Assembly (NCBI GenBank): GCA_965218295.1
Contig: CBDCKN010000003.1
Location: forward strand, 128,001-192,000
Reading direction: 5' to 3'
DNA: 64,000 nt
Source: Longimicrobiales bacterium
GTDB lineage: Bacteria; Gemmatimonadota; Gemmatimonadetes; Longimicrobiales; Gaopeijiaceae
The notes beneath the pieces were generated by a model. The model did not search any database and had not been told where the DNA came from. It saw only the letters and a list, made by a program, of their open reading frames with translations. This document shows, one piece after another, positions 49,381-59,949 of this stretch. The position numbers and the translations under genes are program-made. Numbering within the stretch: the first letter of the stretch is position 1; each line of letters starts with the position of its first letter.

Positions 49381-50881
49381 GTGGCTGAAGGAAGCCCCAT
49401 ATCCGAGCATCGACTCGAGTCCTTGGAGAGCCTCGAACTCCCCTCCATGACGCCGCAGGCCCTCATCGCCCACTTCGGGTCCGGGTTGATCCTCATGATG
49501 ACGGGGATCGGGACCAGCCACCTGGTGACCGCGCCCACGGCCGGAGGCCGCTTCGCCTATGCCCTGCTGTGGTGCATCCCCGTGTCTTACGTCTTCAAGT
49601 ACTACGGCTTCGAGATGGCTTTCCGGTTCACGAACGCGACCGGCAAGAGCCTACTGGAGGCGTATGCGACCGCTTGGAAGAAGTGGCCCTTGTGGTACGT
49701 CATGATCACGACGCTTCTCCAGTGCGCCATCGGACAGGCCGGCCGTCTGATCGCTGCGGCGGCCGTGGCCTACTACGCCTTCACCGTGGCCCTGGGGCTT
49801 CCCATCCCCCTGGAGGCGTACGCGCTGGGGCTGGGGCTGATCTCGGTGGTGGTCATCCTCTGAGGTGAGTACAAAGTCATCGAGGTCCTGACAAAGATCC
49901 TCGCCGGCATCCTCCTGATCTCGTCTTTGGCCGTCTACTTCGTGTCGCCCGCACCTCTGTCCGAGATGGGACACTTCTTCATCGTGGAGACGCCCGAGGG
50001 GTCGTGGCTGGTAATCGCCGCCTTTTTAGGGCTTCTACCCACCGGCATCGACGTCTCGCTGCAGGCCTCGGAGTGGGGGAAGGCGAAGAAAGCCGGGCTG
50101 GCGAAGGTGAGGCCCGACCTCGAGGAGGCAGGACTGGTGCCCCGCTTCGACCCCTTCGTGTCCTCGAAGGAGGACCTCGCCGTCGACGCGACGAAGATGT
50201 CCCCCCACGTGCGCGAGTACAGCCGGCGCTGGTTCAAGATCGGGCTCTGGGACTTCCGCATCGGGCATGTCATATCGTTCCTGATCGCCACCATTTTCCT
50301 GTTCCTATCGGCAGTCTGGATGTATCCCAGCGCGGTGGAGGGCCGAGGCGTCATGGGTGAGATCGCCACCATCTTCACCGAGAGCGTCGGGCCCTGGATG
50401 ATGATCGTGTTCATCTTCGGCGCCTTCGCCGCCACCTTCTCTACCGCGTTCAACTACTTCGACGGCTGGCCCCGAATCGTGGGCGCTTGCTGCCGGAACC
50501 TCTTCCGGTCCACGGCCCGCTTGAGCGGAATCGGGCACGAGCGTCATGTCACGGACGAATACAGGAAGAAGTGGTACTCGGAGTACAACATCTACAGGAT
50601 CACGATGCTGTATTCCCTGGTGGGCCTCGGTAATCCTGATCGCCGGCGTTCCTCGGCCCGTCTTCATGGTGCTGGTGGCGTCGGCCTTGGCCTTTTTCGT
50701 AGCCCCGGTCATCTTCTACCTGAATCTCTACTACTGTATGACGATCATCCCCAAGCACGACGAGGTCTTCTATCCGAACCGCTTCGATCGCTGGTTCGGG
50801 TGGGTGAGCCTCGCGGTCTTCACGGGAATGAGCATCATCCTGATCTTCTGGCGGATCTGGGTGCCCCTCTTCGGGGCTTGA
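49381..50881 (+). CDS. Nramp-like/YcsG-type divalent metal transporter (in-frame TGA at 49861, frameshift near 50620)
   Basis: GSGLILMMTGIGTSHLVTAP.AG, YYGFEMAFRFT.ATG.SL, AATFSTAFNYFDGWPR; many TM segments. Confidence 0.75.
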
Positions 50882-50904
50882 GTCACCGGCCAGCAAGGAA
50901 CCGC

Positions 50905-51639
50905 ATGCACGAAGACCTCCGCTTCCTGCTGCTCCAGATGAGAAACGCCGACGACCCCATGCGGGAGCACGAAGTCCAGTGCTTCGCCCGCTCGCTCCGG
51001 TGCCCCCGCGATCACATTCGCGTTCTGGACCTGCTGAGTGGGGTGCCTTCGCAGCGTGAGCTGAACCAGGCCGACATCGTTCTCCTGGGCGGAAGCGGAG
51101 ACTACTCGGTGGCGAAGGGAGGTCCATGGCTCCCTGCGGCCCTGGAAACCATGCGCGGGCTGTACGAGTCCTCGAAGCCGACCTTCGCCTCCTGCTGGGG
51201 ATTCCACGCCATGGCCCAGGCCCTGGGGGGCGAGGTGGTCACTGATCGCGACCGGGCCGAGGTGGGCACCGTGACCCTGGAGCTGACGTCCGAGGGAAGC
51301 CGCGATCCGGTCTTCGGACCCTTGGGTCCTCGATTCCAGGCACAGATCGGCCACGAGGACATCGTCACGGAGCTTCCCAGGGGCGCCGTCCTGCTGGCCT
51401 CCAGCGATCGGGTCCCCAACGAGGCCTTCCGATTCGAGGGGAAACGCATCTACTGCACCCAGTTCCACCCCGAGCTCGACCGGGATGGGCTCCTCAAGCG
51501 GATCGGATACTACCCCGAGTACCTCCCACTCACGGGGTACGCGACGATGGACGAGTTCGTGGCGGCCACTCCCGAGACACCGGAGACGGAGGCGATCCTC
51601 AGGCGGTTCATTGAGGAGGCGTTCGGAAAGACGCCCTGA
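50905..51639 (+). CDS. Type 1 glutamine amidotransferase (GMP-synthase-like, stand-alone)
   Basis: LGGSG, ASCWGFH (nucleophile Cys), TQFHPE; AAGGA RBS. Confidence 0.88.
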   Translation: MHEDLRFLLLQMRNADDPMREHEVQCFARSLRCPRDHIRVLDLLSGVPSQRELNQADIVLLGGSGDYSVAKGGPWLPAALETMRGLYESSKPTFASCWGFHAMAQALGGEVVTDRDRAEVGTVTLELTSEGSRDPVFGPLGPRFQAQIGHEDIVTELPRGAVLLASSDRVPNEAFRFEGKRIYCTQFHPELDRDGLLKRIGYYPEYLPLTGYATMDEFVAATPETPETEAILRRFIEEAFGKTP

Positions 51640-51780
51640 GCCGTTCTCGCAAGGGGCCGCCGAGGACCCGTGTGACACCTCCGGGCCACGACAGCGTACA
51701 TCGAGCGTGTTAGTGGGAACCTCCACGGCCGAGCGGTGGTTCGATCACCACCGGCCGAATTCGGGGTGTCGGAGGAGATT

Positions 51781-53116
51781 TTGACTCGATTGAAGTTCAT
51801 AGATGCCGCTCGGGCTCTACTGCATGCCTCGTGCGTCGTAGGCATCGCACTCCTGTCCACGTGCGACAAGGACCCCACCGGCCCGGGTGATCCCAACCTC
51901 ACGGAGCCCATCCTGGGATCACCCGTCCAGTGCGAAGGCGGGTTCGCCGCTGGATTCAGATGCTCCAATGTGGATTTGGTGTCGTTCCTTCCACTGGAGG
52001 ATTTGGGTGGGGGGGCCCGTGCCGGGAAACGGTCCCGGCCGACAGCGTGCCGGACATCACGGTGAACGACATGTGGGGTTGGACCGATCCCCTGACAGGC
52101 ATGGAGTACGCCCTCGTGGGCCGCACCGACGGCATGGCCTTCATCAGCCTCGAGGATCCGGAGAGGCCGGTGTACGTGGGCCAGCTCCTCAGGACGAATG
52201 GGGCTCCCGTCAGCCACTGGCGCGATGTCAAAGTCTACGCCGATCACGCCTTCATCGTGGCCGACGGCGCCGAGCAGCACAGCGTCCAGGTGTTCGACCT
52301 TCGCCAGCTCCGGGACGTCCAGAGTCCACCGTGACCTTCCAAGAAGCGACGGTCTACGGCGGCATCGCCAGCGCCCACAACATCGTCATCAACGAGGAGT
52401 CGGGGTTCGCGTACACCGTGGGCAACCGGGCCGGAGGCGAGACGTGCGGCGGTGGGCTCCATATGATCGACATCCACGACCCCACCAACCCGACTTTTGC
52501 AGGGTGCTTCGCCGATCCCTCCACGGGCCGCGAGGGGACGGGGTACGTACACGACGCTCAGTGCATCATGTACGCCGGACCCGACCAGGACTACCAGGGC
52601 CGGGAGATCTGCCTGGGCTCCAATGAGACGGCGGTCAGCATCACTGACGTGACGGACAAGGAGAATCCGCGGGCGATCTCCAGGGCGGTCTATCCGAACC
52701 TCGGCTACGTGCATCAAGGCTGGATCTCCGAGGACCACCGCTACTTCTTCATCGACGACGAGGGCGACGAGCTCCTGGGCTTTGCCGGCCGCACGCGCAC
52801 GTTGGTGTGGGACATCGAGGACCTGGACGATCCGGTCCTGGTCAAGGAGCACCTCGGCGTGACCATCTCCACGGACCACAACCTCTACGTCCGCGGTCAC
52901 CTTATGTACCAATCCAACTACGTGAGCGGACTCCGGATCCTGGATGTGTCCGATCCTGTCAATCCCAGGGAGGTCGGCTTCTTCGACACCGTGCCCTTGA
53001 CCGACCAGCCGGGCTTTGATGGCTCCTGGAGCAACTACCCGTTCTTCGAGAGCGGTGTGATCGTCTTCACGAGCCGGAACGAGGGACTCTTCGTCGTGCG
53101 GAGCCGCGTCAACTAG
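51781..53116 (+). CDS. Choice-of-anchor B family beta-propeller protein (two frameshifts)
   Basis: CSNVDLVSF, NDMWGWTDP.TG.EYALVG, WRDVKVY, SAHNI, YVHDAQC, YVHQGW, DDEGDE, TDHNLY, QSNY..GLRI, GSWSNYPFFESG. Confidence 0.88.
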
Positions 53117-53199
53117 ACCACGCCGGTCTCGAGGGTCCGAGGCGCTTGACCCACCCGCTGCCTTCCCCGCCTATTGCACCGTCTCCAGCCGGCGGCCCG

Positions 53200-54073
53200 A
53201 TGAGAATTTCCGTGCTCCTTGCTATAACCACCATGGGACTGGCTCCGGCCTTGTTGTCCGCCCAGCAGTGGACGCTCGAGGGCGACGTGGCTCTGAGGAG
53301 CAGGTACGAATGGCGGGGGTTGGCCCTCGACCCCGGGCACAACCTCCAATACTCGGCCTACGCGTCGGTGGCGTGGGATGCGGCCTCGGTGACCTTCGGC
53401 GTTTGGTCGCTGGCGGATCTCTCCACGAACCCCTCCGCCGGCCTCCCCGAACGCTGGGGGTTCGAGACGAGCCCGTGGCTGGACGCCACCCTCGGCGACG
53501 ATCGGAGGCAGCTGGTAGTGGGCATCACGGGCTACGACATCGGGGCCCCGCCGGGTCCAGAGCCTCTTCGAAGGAGCGACACCTGGGAGATCTACGCGGG
53601 GGGGCGCGGCGCCCTGCCGGGCGCCCCCCGTTATCGGCGAGGCAGTGGTCTACTGGGACATGGGCCGGGTGGGGGGCGCGTACGCCGAGGTGGCGGGAGC
53701 ACTGCAGATCCCCGTTTGGGCCGGGCTGATCGTGCCCGTGGGATCGATCTTCCTGGAGGGTCGCACCGGATTCGCCCTCGGCCAGGAGCGCGGGGCCGGC
53801 GAGACTGACCCGCGCGACTTCCACTTCGAGGGAGGTGGCCTGACCCACCTGGACGTCTCGCTCCGCACTACCCTTCTGCCCGTCCCCCTGGGTCCGGTCA
53901 CGGCCTCACTGACCCTGGAGTCGCACTGGGTCACCGGCTTCGACCCGGAGACCGAGCGCGTCGGGGTGACAACCCGCGGCGCGATGGACCAGAGGCGGTG
54001 GTGGTGGGGGCTGGGCCTTCGCCTCGCGTTCCCCCGGTGTCGTCCCGACAGAGAGCTGTGCAGGGACCTATGA
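53200..54073 (+). CDS. Hypothetical secreted, probably outer-membrane beta-barrel protein (frameshift near 53630)
   Basis: Signal peptide ending LSA-Q; SRYEWRG motif and alternating aromatic beta-strand patterns. Confidence 0.55.
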
Positions 54074-56195
54074 CGTGGAGCATTTGTGGACTCCCGTCGA
54101 GCATTCGCGGACTCCTGGTGACCCTGGGGGCTTGGGCAGCGCTCGGCTGCGCCTCCGTGGTCGAGACGCCCCTTCCGGCCCCCCTGTCTCCCCCGGCCGC
54201 GTCTGTCCCCGCCGGTCTGCGTGCCGGATTCGGCGTCCGTGACATCACACCGCCCCCGGGAGTGGGGCTGAGCTCGTTCGCGGCAGACAGCCGGCAGGCG
54301 GTGGGGTACCGCCAGAGGCTCCACGCGCGGGCCATCCTCCTGGAGGACCGGTCCGGCGAGCGCATGGCCCTTGTCGTCGCGGACCTTGGGCAGGTTTCGA
54401 TACTCCTCCACCGGAGGGTCTCGGAGCGTACCCTGTCCTCGGGCACGGGAATTGGCGCCGACCGACTTCTGCTCTCGGCCACGCACACCCACTCCGGTCC
54501 GGGCAACTTCTTCGCGGCCGACGGGCTCAACGCAAACGCCGGTCGCTTCCCGGGGTTCGATCCCGACGTGACGGCCTTCGTCGTGGACGGGATCGCAGGC
54601 GCCATCGAGGACGCGGCCATGGATCTGAGGCCGGCGAGGGCCGGGTGGCGCTTCGAGCCTGTCTGGGACTTCACCTTCAACCGCAGCTATGAGGCGTATG
54701 AACGAAACAGCGCGCCTCGGGTGCCAGTGACCCCGGCCGCCGCTCGGCCCGGTCGAGCAGCAGGCCGTCGACTCCACCTTCGCGCTGCTGAGGGTCGACC
54801 GCTGCGACGACGCTTGGGAGAGCTGCAAGCCTTGGGGAGCGTACAGCGTATTCGCGATACACGGCGGGAACGTCCCCGCTTCGAACAACCTCTTCGACTC
54901 CGACGTCCATGGAGTCGTGGCTCGCTCCATGGAGCGTCACATCCTGGACGAGCGCGCAGAGCTCAGAGGTCCCGCATTCTTCCTCTTTGCCAATGGCGCC
55001 GAAGGAGACGTGGGCGCCAACCTCCGCGACCCGGTCCCCTGCCGGTATTACCGCTTCCTTCCGGAGCGCCGTGCCGCCGGTCCGAGGACCCTTCCGGCAG
55101 CCGAGGCGTGGCGAGCCCCTACCGATGAGGTCGAGGACTGCATGAGGCATGTACGCCACCGCGTGGATTCGTTGGGGTGGGCCCTGGGGGAGCGCGTGGC
55201 CGAGATCTACGACCGTGCCGAGGCTGGCCTCGCGGCCGATCTGAGCGTCGACCGTGCCTTCACGACCATCGACCTGCGGCGGTACCAGGGTCCTCATCCC
55301 ATCTGCTGGCCCCCTCGCGTCGGTGCATCGGCCGTGGGCGGCGCAGAGCGGGGATTCATCCGAACCTGGAAGCAGCGGGTCCTCTTCTTCGATCTCAACT
55401 TCGACGAGGGGGGGTCCGCCGCCCGAGAAGAGCCGAAGGGATGCTTCGGCCGAAAGAAGACGCAGCTCGGTGTCCTCGTGAAGGAGTACTCCCTGCCGCA
55501 GCTTCTTCAGCTGAGCGTCGTCCGGCTCGGGAACATGCTTCTGGGTACCGTTCCGGTGGAGCCGACCACCGAGGTGGGAGCGCTCCTTCGGGAGAGACTG
55601 CTCGCGGCAGGCCCCAGCGAGGCATCAAGGTCCGTCGTGGTAGGAGTGGCCAACGGCTACGCCCTCTACACCGCAAGCGCAGAAGGAGTACGACGCCCAG
55701 CACTACGAGGGCGGCTCCACGCTCTACGGGCCCAATACGGCGGAGATGCTGGCGTTCGAGCTGGGACAGCTGTCTGGGAGTCTGGCCGCGGGGCGGCCAA
55801 CGGTGAATGTGGGCCGCGCCAACGCCTACTACACCCACACGTCGACCCACTTCTGGTCCGCCGATCCGATTCCAGCCGGCTTCAAAAGAAGGATACTGGG
55901 GCTGGAGTGTGGGGCGGAGGAGGTTCGGATGCGGTGGCTCGACCTGAGGCCCGGCACGCTCGTTCCGAGCAGAAGCGCCGTCGTTCAGCTCGAGCGCGAG
56001 GGCACGGACGGGTGGGTCGTGACCGCTGGAGACGGTCATCCCGACACTCAGGTGAGAGCCCTGGAGCCGCGCGACGGCGGGTACGTCTGGGAGGCACGCT
56101 GGGTGCCGAGATCCGCCCCGCCGGGACGCTACCGCTTCCGGCTCCTGGCGAGGCAGGGTCTCCCGGAGACGCCCACCTCAGCCTGCTCGATGTAA
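54070..56195 (+). CDS. Neutral/alkaline ceramidase family protein, probable lipoprotein (two frameshifts)
   Basis: ALGC lipobox-like; AGFGVRDITPP, RLHARA, SATHTHSGPG, NRS..AY..N, NGAEGDV, VPVEPTT..G, GVANGY..Y, HYEG.STLYG. Confidence 0.85.
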
Positions 56196-56268
56196 CGGAC
56201 CCCCGCCGGGGATCGGATCTGCTCGGGCGACGATCGGATGTACCGGTCCGCCGGAAAGGAGCCGTACC

Positions 56269-57243
56269 TCAGCCGTAGCAGCCCGCAGTCCGCGCCCTTT
56301 GCCGGACGAGGGCCAGAACCACGTCGACGGTTGGTGTGGGAAGGTCGACGAGACGCCCCATCTCCTGAACGGCACTGACGAGGGCGTCGATCTCCATGGG
56401 CCGCCCCTTGTCCAGATCCTGCAGCATCGACGTCCGGTGGGCACCCACTGCGGCGGCCCCGTCGATGCGCTGATCCACGTCAACCTTGAAGCGAACGCCC
56501 ACCTTCTCGCCGATGGCCTGGGCCTCGAGCATCATGGCTCGGGCCACGCCCCGGGTGCCGGGATCCGTCGCGATCACATCCAACGTCTCCAGGGTGAGGG
56601 CGCTGATGGGGTTGAAGGTGAGGTTGCCCCAGAGCTTCACCCAGAGCTCGTCGCGGATGTCACGGACTGGCGCACGGAATCCTGCAGAGATGAGAGCTTG
56701 GCTCAACGCCTGAACGCGCTCGGTCTTGTCCCCCGTGGGCTCGCCCAGGGTGAAGCGATTGCCGTCCAGGTACCGGATGACGCCCGGCTCGGCCACTTCG
56801 GTGGCCGGATACACAACACATCCGATGGCCCGCTCCGGTCCGATCTTGTCCCACTGGGCGCCGCCCGGATCCACGCTCTCGAGCCGATGGTCCCTCCACT
56901 GCCCCTCGAGTCCGTAGAAGTACCACCACGGAACGCCATTGGTGGCCGTCACGACCGCGGTGTCCGGCGCCAGGAGCGGCTGCATGACGTCGACGACTCT
57001 ATGCACCGAGTGGGCCTTCAGCGTGACGATGACGTAGTCCTGAGGCCCCGCCTCGGCCGGATCGTCGGTGCAACACGGGTGGGCCACACGCTCTTCGCCG
57101 TCGATGAGCAGCTTGAGCCCGTTCTGCCGCATCGCCGCCAGGTGCGGCCCACGGGCGATGAGGGTGACGTCTTCGCCGGCCAGGGTCAGTTGCACGCCCA
57201 GATAGCCCCCGATGGCGCCAGCCCCGTAGATGCAGATCCGCAT
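56269..57243 (-). CDS. Ketopantoate reductase family protein (PanE2/oxalyl-CoA reductase-like)
   Basis: GAGAIGG, ARGPHL, TLKAHS, NGVPWWYF, WVKLWGN, TSMLQD...RPMEID. Confidence 0.88.
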   Translation of the reverse strand: MRICIYGAGAIGGYLGVQLTLAGEDVTLIARGPHLAAMRQNGLKLLIDGEERVAHPCCTDDPAEAGPQDYVIVTLKAHSVHRVVDVMQPLLAPDTAVVTATNGVPWWYFYGLEGQWRDHRLESVDPGGAQWDKIGPERAIGCVVYPATEVAEPGVIRYLDGNRFTLGEPTGDKTERVQALSQALISAGFRAPVRDIRDELWVKLWGNLTFNPISALTLETLDVIATDPGTRGVARAMMLEAQAIGEKVGVRFKVDVDQRIDGAAAVGAHRTSMLQDLDKGRPMEIDALVSAVQEMGRLVDLPTPTVDVVLALVRQRARTAGCYG

Positions 57244-57310
57244 CAGCCCATCTCCGGACCGTCAACGGAGATCCGCGGGCGGGTCGGCACCACCTCGACT
57301 CCGCCGATCC

Positions 57311-58837
57311 TCACGCCTCGATCCCCAGCTTCTCGGCCAGTCCGATGCGCTGCATTTTCCCGGTGGGTCCTTTGGGGATCTCGTCGAGGATGATGACCTT
57401 CCTGGGGCACTTGAAGTGCGCCAGTCGCGTGGCGGCGAACTCCCGGATCTCCTGAGATGTGGCGTCCATGCCCTCCCTGAGGACCACCGCCGCCGCCACC
57501 TCTTCCCCGAGCTTCTCGTGGGGCACGGCGAAGGTGACCACCTGCTGGATCGCGGCATGATCCATGAGCACGTCGTCGACCTCCCGCGGCGAGATCTTCT
57601 CACCGCCGCGGTTGATGAGCTCCTTTAGACGACCCGTAATGGTGAGGTATCCGTCTTCGTCCATGACGCCCTGGTCGCCCGTCCTGAACCACCCGCTCGT
57701 GAACGCCGTGGCGTTGGCGTCGGGGTTGTTCTCGTAGCCGTTCGAGACATTGGGTCCCTTGATCACCACCTCCCCCACCGAGCCTGCGGGCAGGAGGTCA
57801 CCCTCGGCATCCATGATCGACACCTCGGGTCCGGCGGCGACCCCCACGGTGCCCGCCTTCCGCTCGCCCGGTGGAAGTGGATTGCACGTCATCTGGTGCG
57901 ATGCCTCGGTCATGGCATACGCCTCCACCACGGGTGCGCCGAAGACCTCTTCGAGCTCGGCCATGACCTGCGGTGGGAGCGAGGAGGAAGAGGACCGGAT
58001 AAACCGGAGGCAAACCAGATCGATTAGCTCCTGATTCCGTCGCGCCCGCGCAAGGATCGCCTGATGCATCGTGGGCACGGCCGTGTAGTACGTCGGCCGC
58101 GCCTCGGCCAGCCACGCGAAGAACTTGAGTGCGTTGAAGCCGGGAGTACAGAAAATCGAGGCTCCGGCGCTCAGGGGAGACAGCATCGCCGCCATGAGGC
58201 CATGAATGTGGAACAGGGGCATGACGTTCATGCAGCGATCCTCATCGGTGAGCCTGAGGGTCCTCCGGATGTTGCCTGCCGATGCGCAGATGTTGCGCTG
58301 TGCCAGGGGGACGATCTTGGGCCGTGAAGTGGTTCCTGAAGTGTGCAGCACGAGGGCGATGTCGTCCTTCTCGGCCATCCCCCCTCGGAGGGCCGGTCCT
58401 CCGGGGCCATCGCCCACGAGCTCGAATGTGCCGGCCATCGCCCCGTCACCGACCCGCAGCTCCAGGACCGGCAGGCCGAGATCGGCGGCCGCGGCCACTG
58501 ACGGTGAGTCACTTCCCTCTTCGACGATGAGCGTCTTGGCACCGAGATCGGAGAGATAGAAGTCGTACTCCTGCCGTCGATAGGCCGGGTTGAGGGGCGC
58601 CGTGGCGGCACCCGCAGCCACCGAGAGGAAGGCCGAAGCCATCTCCGGACCGTTCGGAAGGACGATGGCCACCCGATCGTTGCGCCCGATCCCGCGCTCG
58701 TTCAAGGCGGCGACGGTGGCCTGGACGTGAAATCGTAGACCGGCATGTGTGAGGGCGGGCCGGGCCGGACAGGCGATAGCCACGTCCTCGTCGTGACCCG
58801 GCGACAGGAGCTCCCAAACGGTGGTGAAGTCCGACAC
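57311..58837 (-). CDS. Acyl-CoA ligase, oxalate-CoA ligase-like
   Basis: APLNPAY, LHTSGTTSRPKIVPL, MPLFHIHGL, YTAVPTMHQ, RFIRSSSS, EAYAMTEASHQM, KELINRGGEKISP, PKGPTGK. Confidence 0.88.
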   Translation of the reverse strand: MSDFTTVWELLSPGHDEDVAIACPARPALTHAGLRFHVQATVAALNERGIGRNDRVAIVLPNGPEMASAFLSVAAGAATAPLNPAYRRQEYDFYLSDLGAKTLIVEEGSDSPSVAAAADLGLPVLELRVGDGAMAGTFELVGDGPGGPALRGGMAEKDDIALVLHTSGTTSRPKIVPLAQRNICASAGNIRRTLRLTDEDRCMNVMPLFHIHGLMAAMLSPLSAGASIFCTPGFNALKFFAWLAEARPTYYTAVPTMHQAILARARRNQELIDLVCLRFIRSSSSSLPPQVMAELEEVFGAPVVEAYAMTEASHQMTCNPLPPGERKAGTVGVAAGPEVSIMDAEGDLLPAGSVGEVVIKGPNVSNGYENNPDANATAFTSGWFRTGDQGVMDEDGYLTITGRLKELINRGGEKISPREVDDVLMDHAAIQQVVTFAVPHEKLGEEVAAAVVLREGMDATSQEIREFAATRLAHFKCPRKVIILDEIPKGPTGKMQRIGLAEKLGIEA

Positions 58838-59024
58838 TGCCCCTCCCCGAAGTGTTATTGACGGCCAGGCAGTTTAAGGAAGGTTGGACCCGATGGCCAT
58901 TCGGGGGTCGGACGGGGATTCGGTCGCTCAGCTCCGGGAGATTCGTCGGGTTGCACCGAAGGCGGGACCTGTCAAATATTGACATGGTGGAAGCCCCCCC
59001 AGGGACATCCCACATGAGGTGCGG

Positions 59025-59552
59025 ATGGCCCTGTTCAAGAAGAAGGTCGAGCTAAACCGCTTCCTGCACCATACGATCGCCGCCACCTTCGCCGGTGGGT
59101 TCCCCATGGCGCAAGTCGATCCCGCGTACGTGCTCACAGCGGTAAATCGGATCAGGGCGGCGGAGATCCTGCGCGTCAGATCGCTGGTGGCCCACTACTT
59201 CGCCCTGGTCACACGTGTGGGCGAAGGCGTCCCCGTCGACACTCCGGAGCTCGGGCGCCGCTATCAGGACGCCCTCTGGCACGTGCTCGTGGAGTCCACC
59301 AGGTCACGGGCGGAGGCCGAAGTGCTCGCGCTGCAGTGGGAAAGGGGCGTACGTGAGGTTCTCATCCGCATCGAAGACGGGTCCGTACAGGACTCCGCCC
59401 TCGCCGAGGTCTCGGCCGCCACGGTGCGCATCCTCAAGAGCGCCTTGGAGACCGACGATGACGAGTACTGCCGGAAGGCCGCCGGAATGGTCACGGAGCA
59501 CTCGGTCCAAGCACTCTCCTTCGCGCTGACCGAGGTGAAACTGGTGTCCTGA
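59025..59552 (+). CDS. Hypothetical protein
   Basis: 175-aa ORF with GAGGTG RBS filling the gap between divergent and convergent neighbours. Confidence 0.6.
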   Translation: MALFKKKVELNRFLHHTIAATFAGGFPMAQVDPAYVLTAVNRIRAAEILRVRSLVAHYFALVTRVGEGVPVDTPELGRRYQDALWHVLVESTRSRAEAEVLALQWERGVREVLIRIEDGSVQDSALAEVSAATVRILKSALETDDDEYCRKAAGMVTEHSVQALSFALTEVKLVS

Positions 59553-59560
59553 GCAGGACT

Positions 59561-59947
59561 CTAACGGACTCCCTCGAGCCGCTCCTCGATATGACCTATC
59601 AGCACCTCGGGTTCCACCGGCTTGGCGAGGAACGTATGGCCACCAATGGGATGCCCCTGACCCCTGATCTCCTTCTCTTTGATGATGGCCGTCAGGAAGA
59701 TGATAGGTACATCTCGTAGCTCGGCATCCTCCCCGAGCTCCTGGGCGATGGCGCCACCATCCGCATCCGGCATGACGATGTCCAGAACGATGAGATCGGG
59801 TCGGAAGTCTCGGACTACTTCAACAGCAAGAGATCCCCGGTTCTCCGTCCTCACCTCATACCCACCCGTACGGTCCAAAAAGAGTTTGAGCGTACGGGTG
59901 ATGCTCTCCTCGTCGTCTACGAGCAGAATCCTCTTCTTGCTGTCCAT
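59561..59947 (-). CDS. Single-domain response regulator (receiver)
   Basis: ILLVDDE, PDLIVLDIVMP..DG, PIIFLTA, LAKP. Confidence 0.93.
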   Translation of the reverse strand: MDSKKRILLVDDEESITRTLKLFLDRTGGYEVRTENRGSLAVEVVRDFRPDLIVLDIVMPDADGGAIAQELGEDAELRDVPIIFLTAIIKEKEIRGQGHPIGGHTFLAKPVEPEVLIGHIEERLEGVR

Positions 59948-59949
59948 TC

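Noticed and set aside
49861..49920. Selenocysteine recoding of the TGA
   Set aside because: The position is at the end of a TM helix in a transporter with no Cys-type catalytic context, and no convincing SECIS hairpin follows.
49927..51639. 570-aa ORF suggesting a transporter-glutamine amidotransferase fusion
   Set aside because: Artefact of the frameshift near 50620; the transporter's own C-terminus ends at 50881 and the GATase has its own RBS and ATG at 50905.
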